Positions 1-64,000 of a stretch of DNA of 64,000 bases are shown one piece after another. Numbering within the stretch: the first letter of the stretch is position 1; every line of letters begins with the position of its first letter. The stretch is from NCBI GenBank assembly GCA_964016885.1, contig OZ024765.1, positions 2,666,001 through 2,730,000 on the forward strand, written 5' to 3'. A program made the position numbers and the translations under genes. This stretch comes from Eledone cirrhosa. Its lineage: Eukaryota. Below the pieces are notes generated by a model that worked only from the letters and a program-made list of their open reading frames with translations, did no database searches and had not been told where the DNA came from.

Positions 1-212
1 GATTCTTTCCTGAGACATTCTAACTACATGTCCATAGTATCAGAGTTGTGATCTCTCAATTCAGAGAAGTAGTGGCTCTACCTGGAGTGACTCTCTGATC
101 TCTGAGCTACACATTCTATCAAGTAATGTTACAACAAAGACCCTTGTTTCTTTGTTTGCAATTGAAATATTCTTCTACGTGTTAATAATGGTTTCTATGT
201 CTACTCCTACAG

Positions 213-63311
<63,099 letters not shown>

Positions 63312-64000
63312 GTAAGACTACACCACATTGTCTTTTTCTTTGTCTTCCTCTTCTTCTCATACTTCTTCGGTAGAGGGTCGGACGCCATTCTTTGCAGCAT
63401 AGAGTTACGGCCCTTTGTGGTCGGAGTTCAAATCCCGCCGAGGTTAACTTTGCCTTTCATCCTTACGGGGGTCGATAAAATAGAGTACCAGTAATACACT
63501 GGGATAATTGCTGGCATTGTGCCCAAAGTAGAAACAATTATTATCTGACACCATGCTTTGCAGCATAGAGTTACGGCCCTTTACCTTTACGTTCCATGTT
63601 CCAATCCCGCTGAGGTTAACTTTGCCTTGCAACCTTACGGGGGGCGGGTCGATGAAATAAAGTACCAGTAATACACTGGGTCAATTTAATCGACTCCCCC
63701 ACCCCCACCACCCCCACCCCAAAAAATTGCTGGCCTTGTGCCTAAATCAGAAACTATTATTATTACATACATATATATATATATTAATTGTTCTATACAC
63801 ATATACATATATATATATATATATGTGTGTATGTGTGTATATGTATGTCTGTCTATGTCATTAAACATACATATAACAGTTCAGTTCAGCACTGATTTTT
63901 TTTTTTCTTTGTTTGTATTTTTTTGTATTATTTTATTTTATGTATTTATAGTAGATTTATTTTTTGTGCTGTTTTTTTATTTTATTTTATTTGTTGTAGT

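Overview
AT-rich, microsatellite- and retroposon-dense animal genomic DNA. The repeat content looks like an octopus/coleoid cephalopod, which is an inference I cannot confirm here. The whole window lies inside one large + strand gene. I traced by hand 39 GT-AG exons (213..63311) that splice in frame with matching phases into 4512 nt / 1504 codons. They encode a divergent inositol 1,4,5-trisphosphate receptor (IP3R/RyR superfamily) Ca2+-release channel: end of the suppressor domain, MIR repeats, IP3-binding-core region and two RIH domains. The start codon and the channel domain are outside the window. Almost all long ORFs in the supplied track are repeat read-through artefacts. The introns hold two tRNA-derived SINE families, RTE and L1/Tx1-like LINE fragments, TTAA-flanked piggyBac-like MITEs carrying a 72-bp satellite, and many minisatellites. 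The most striking unannotated signal is about 17 Penelope-type minimal hammerhead ribozyme motifs of several families on both strands, mostly in (TA)n tracts and often arranged as palindromes. There are also four separate local duplications that copy real splice sites of the host gene.
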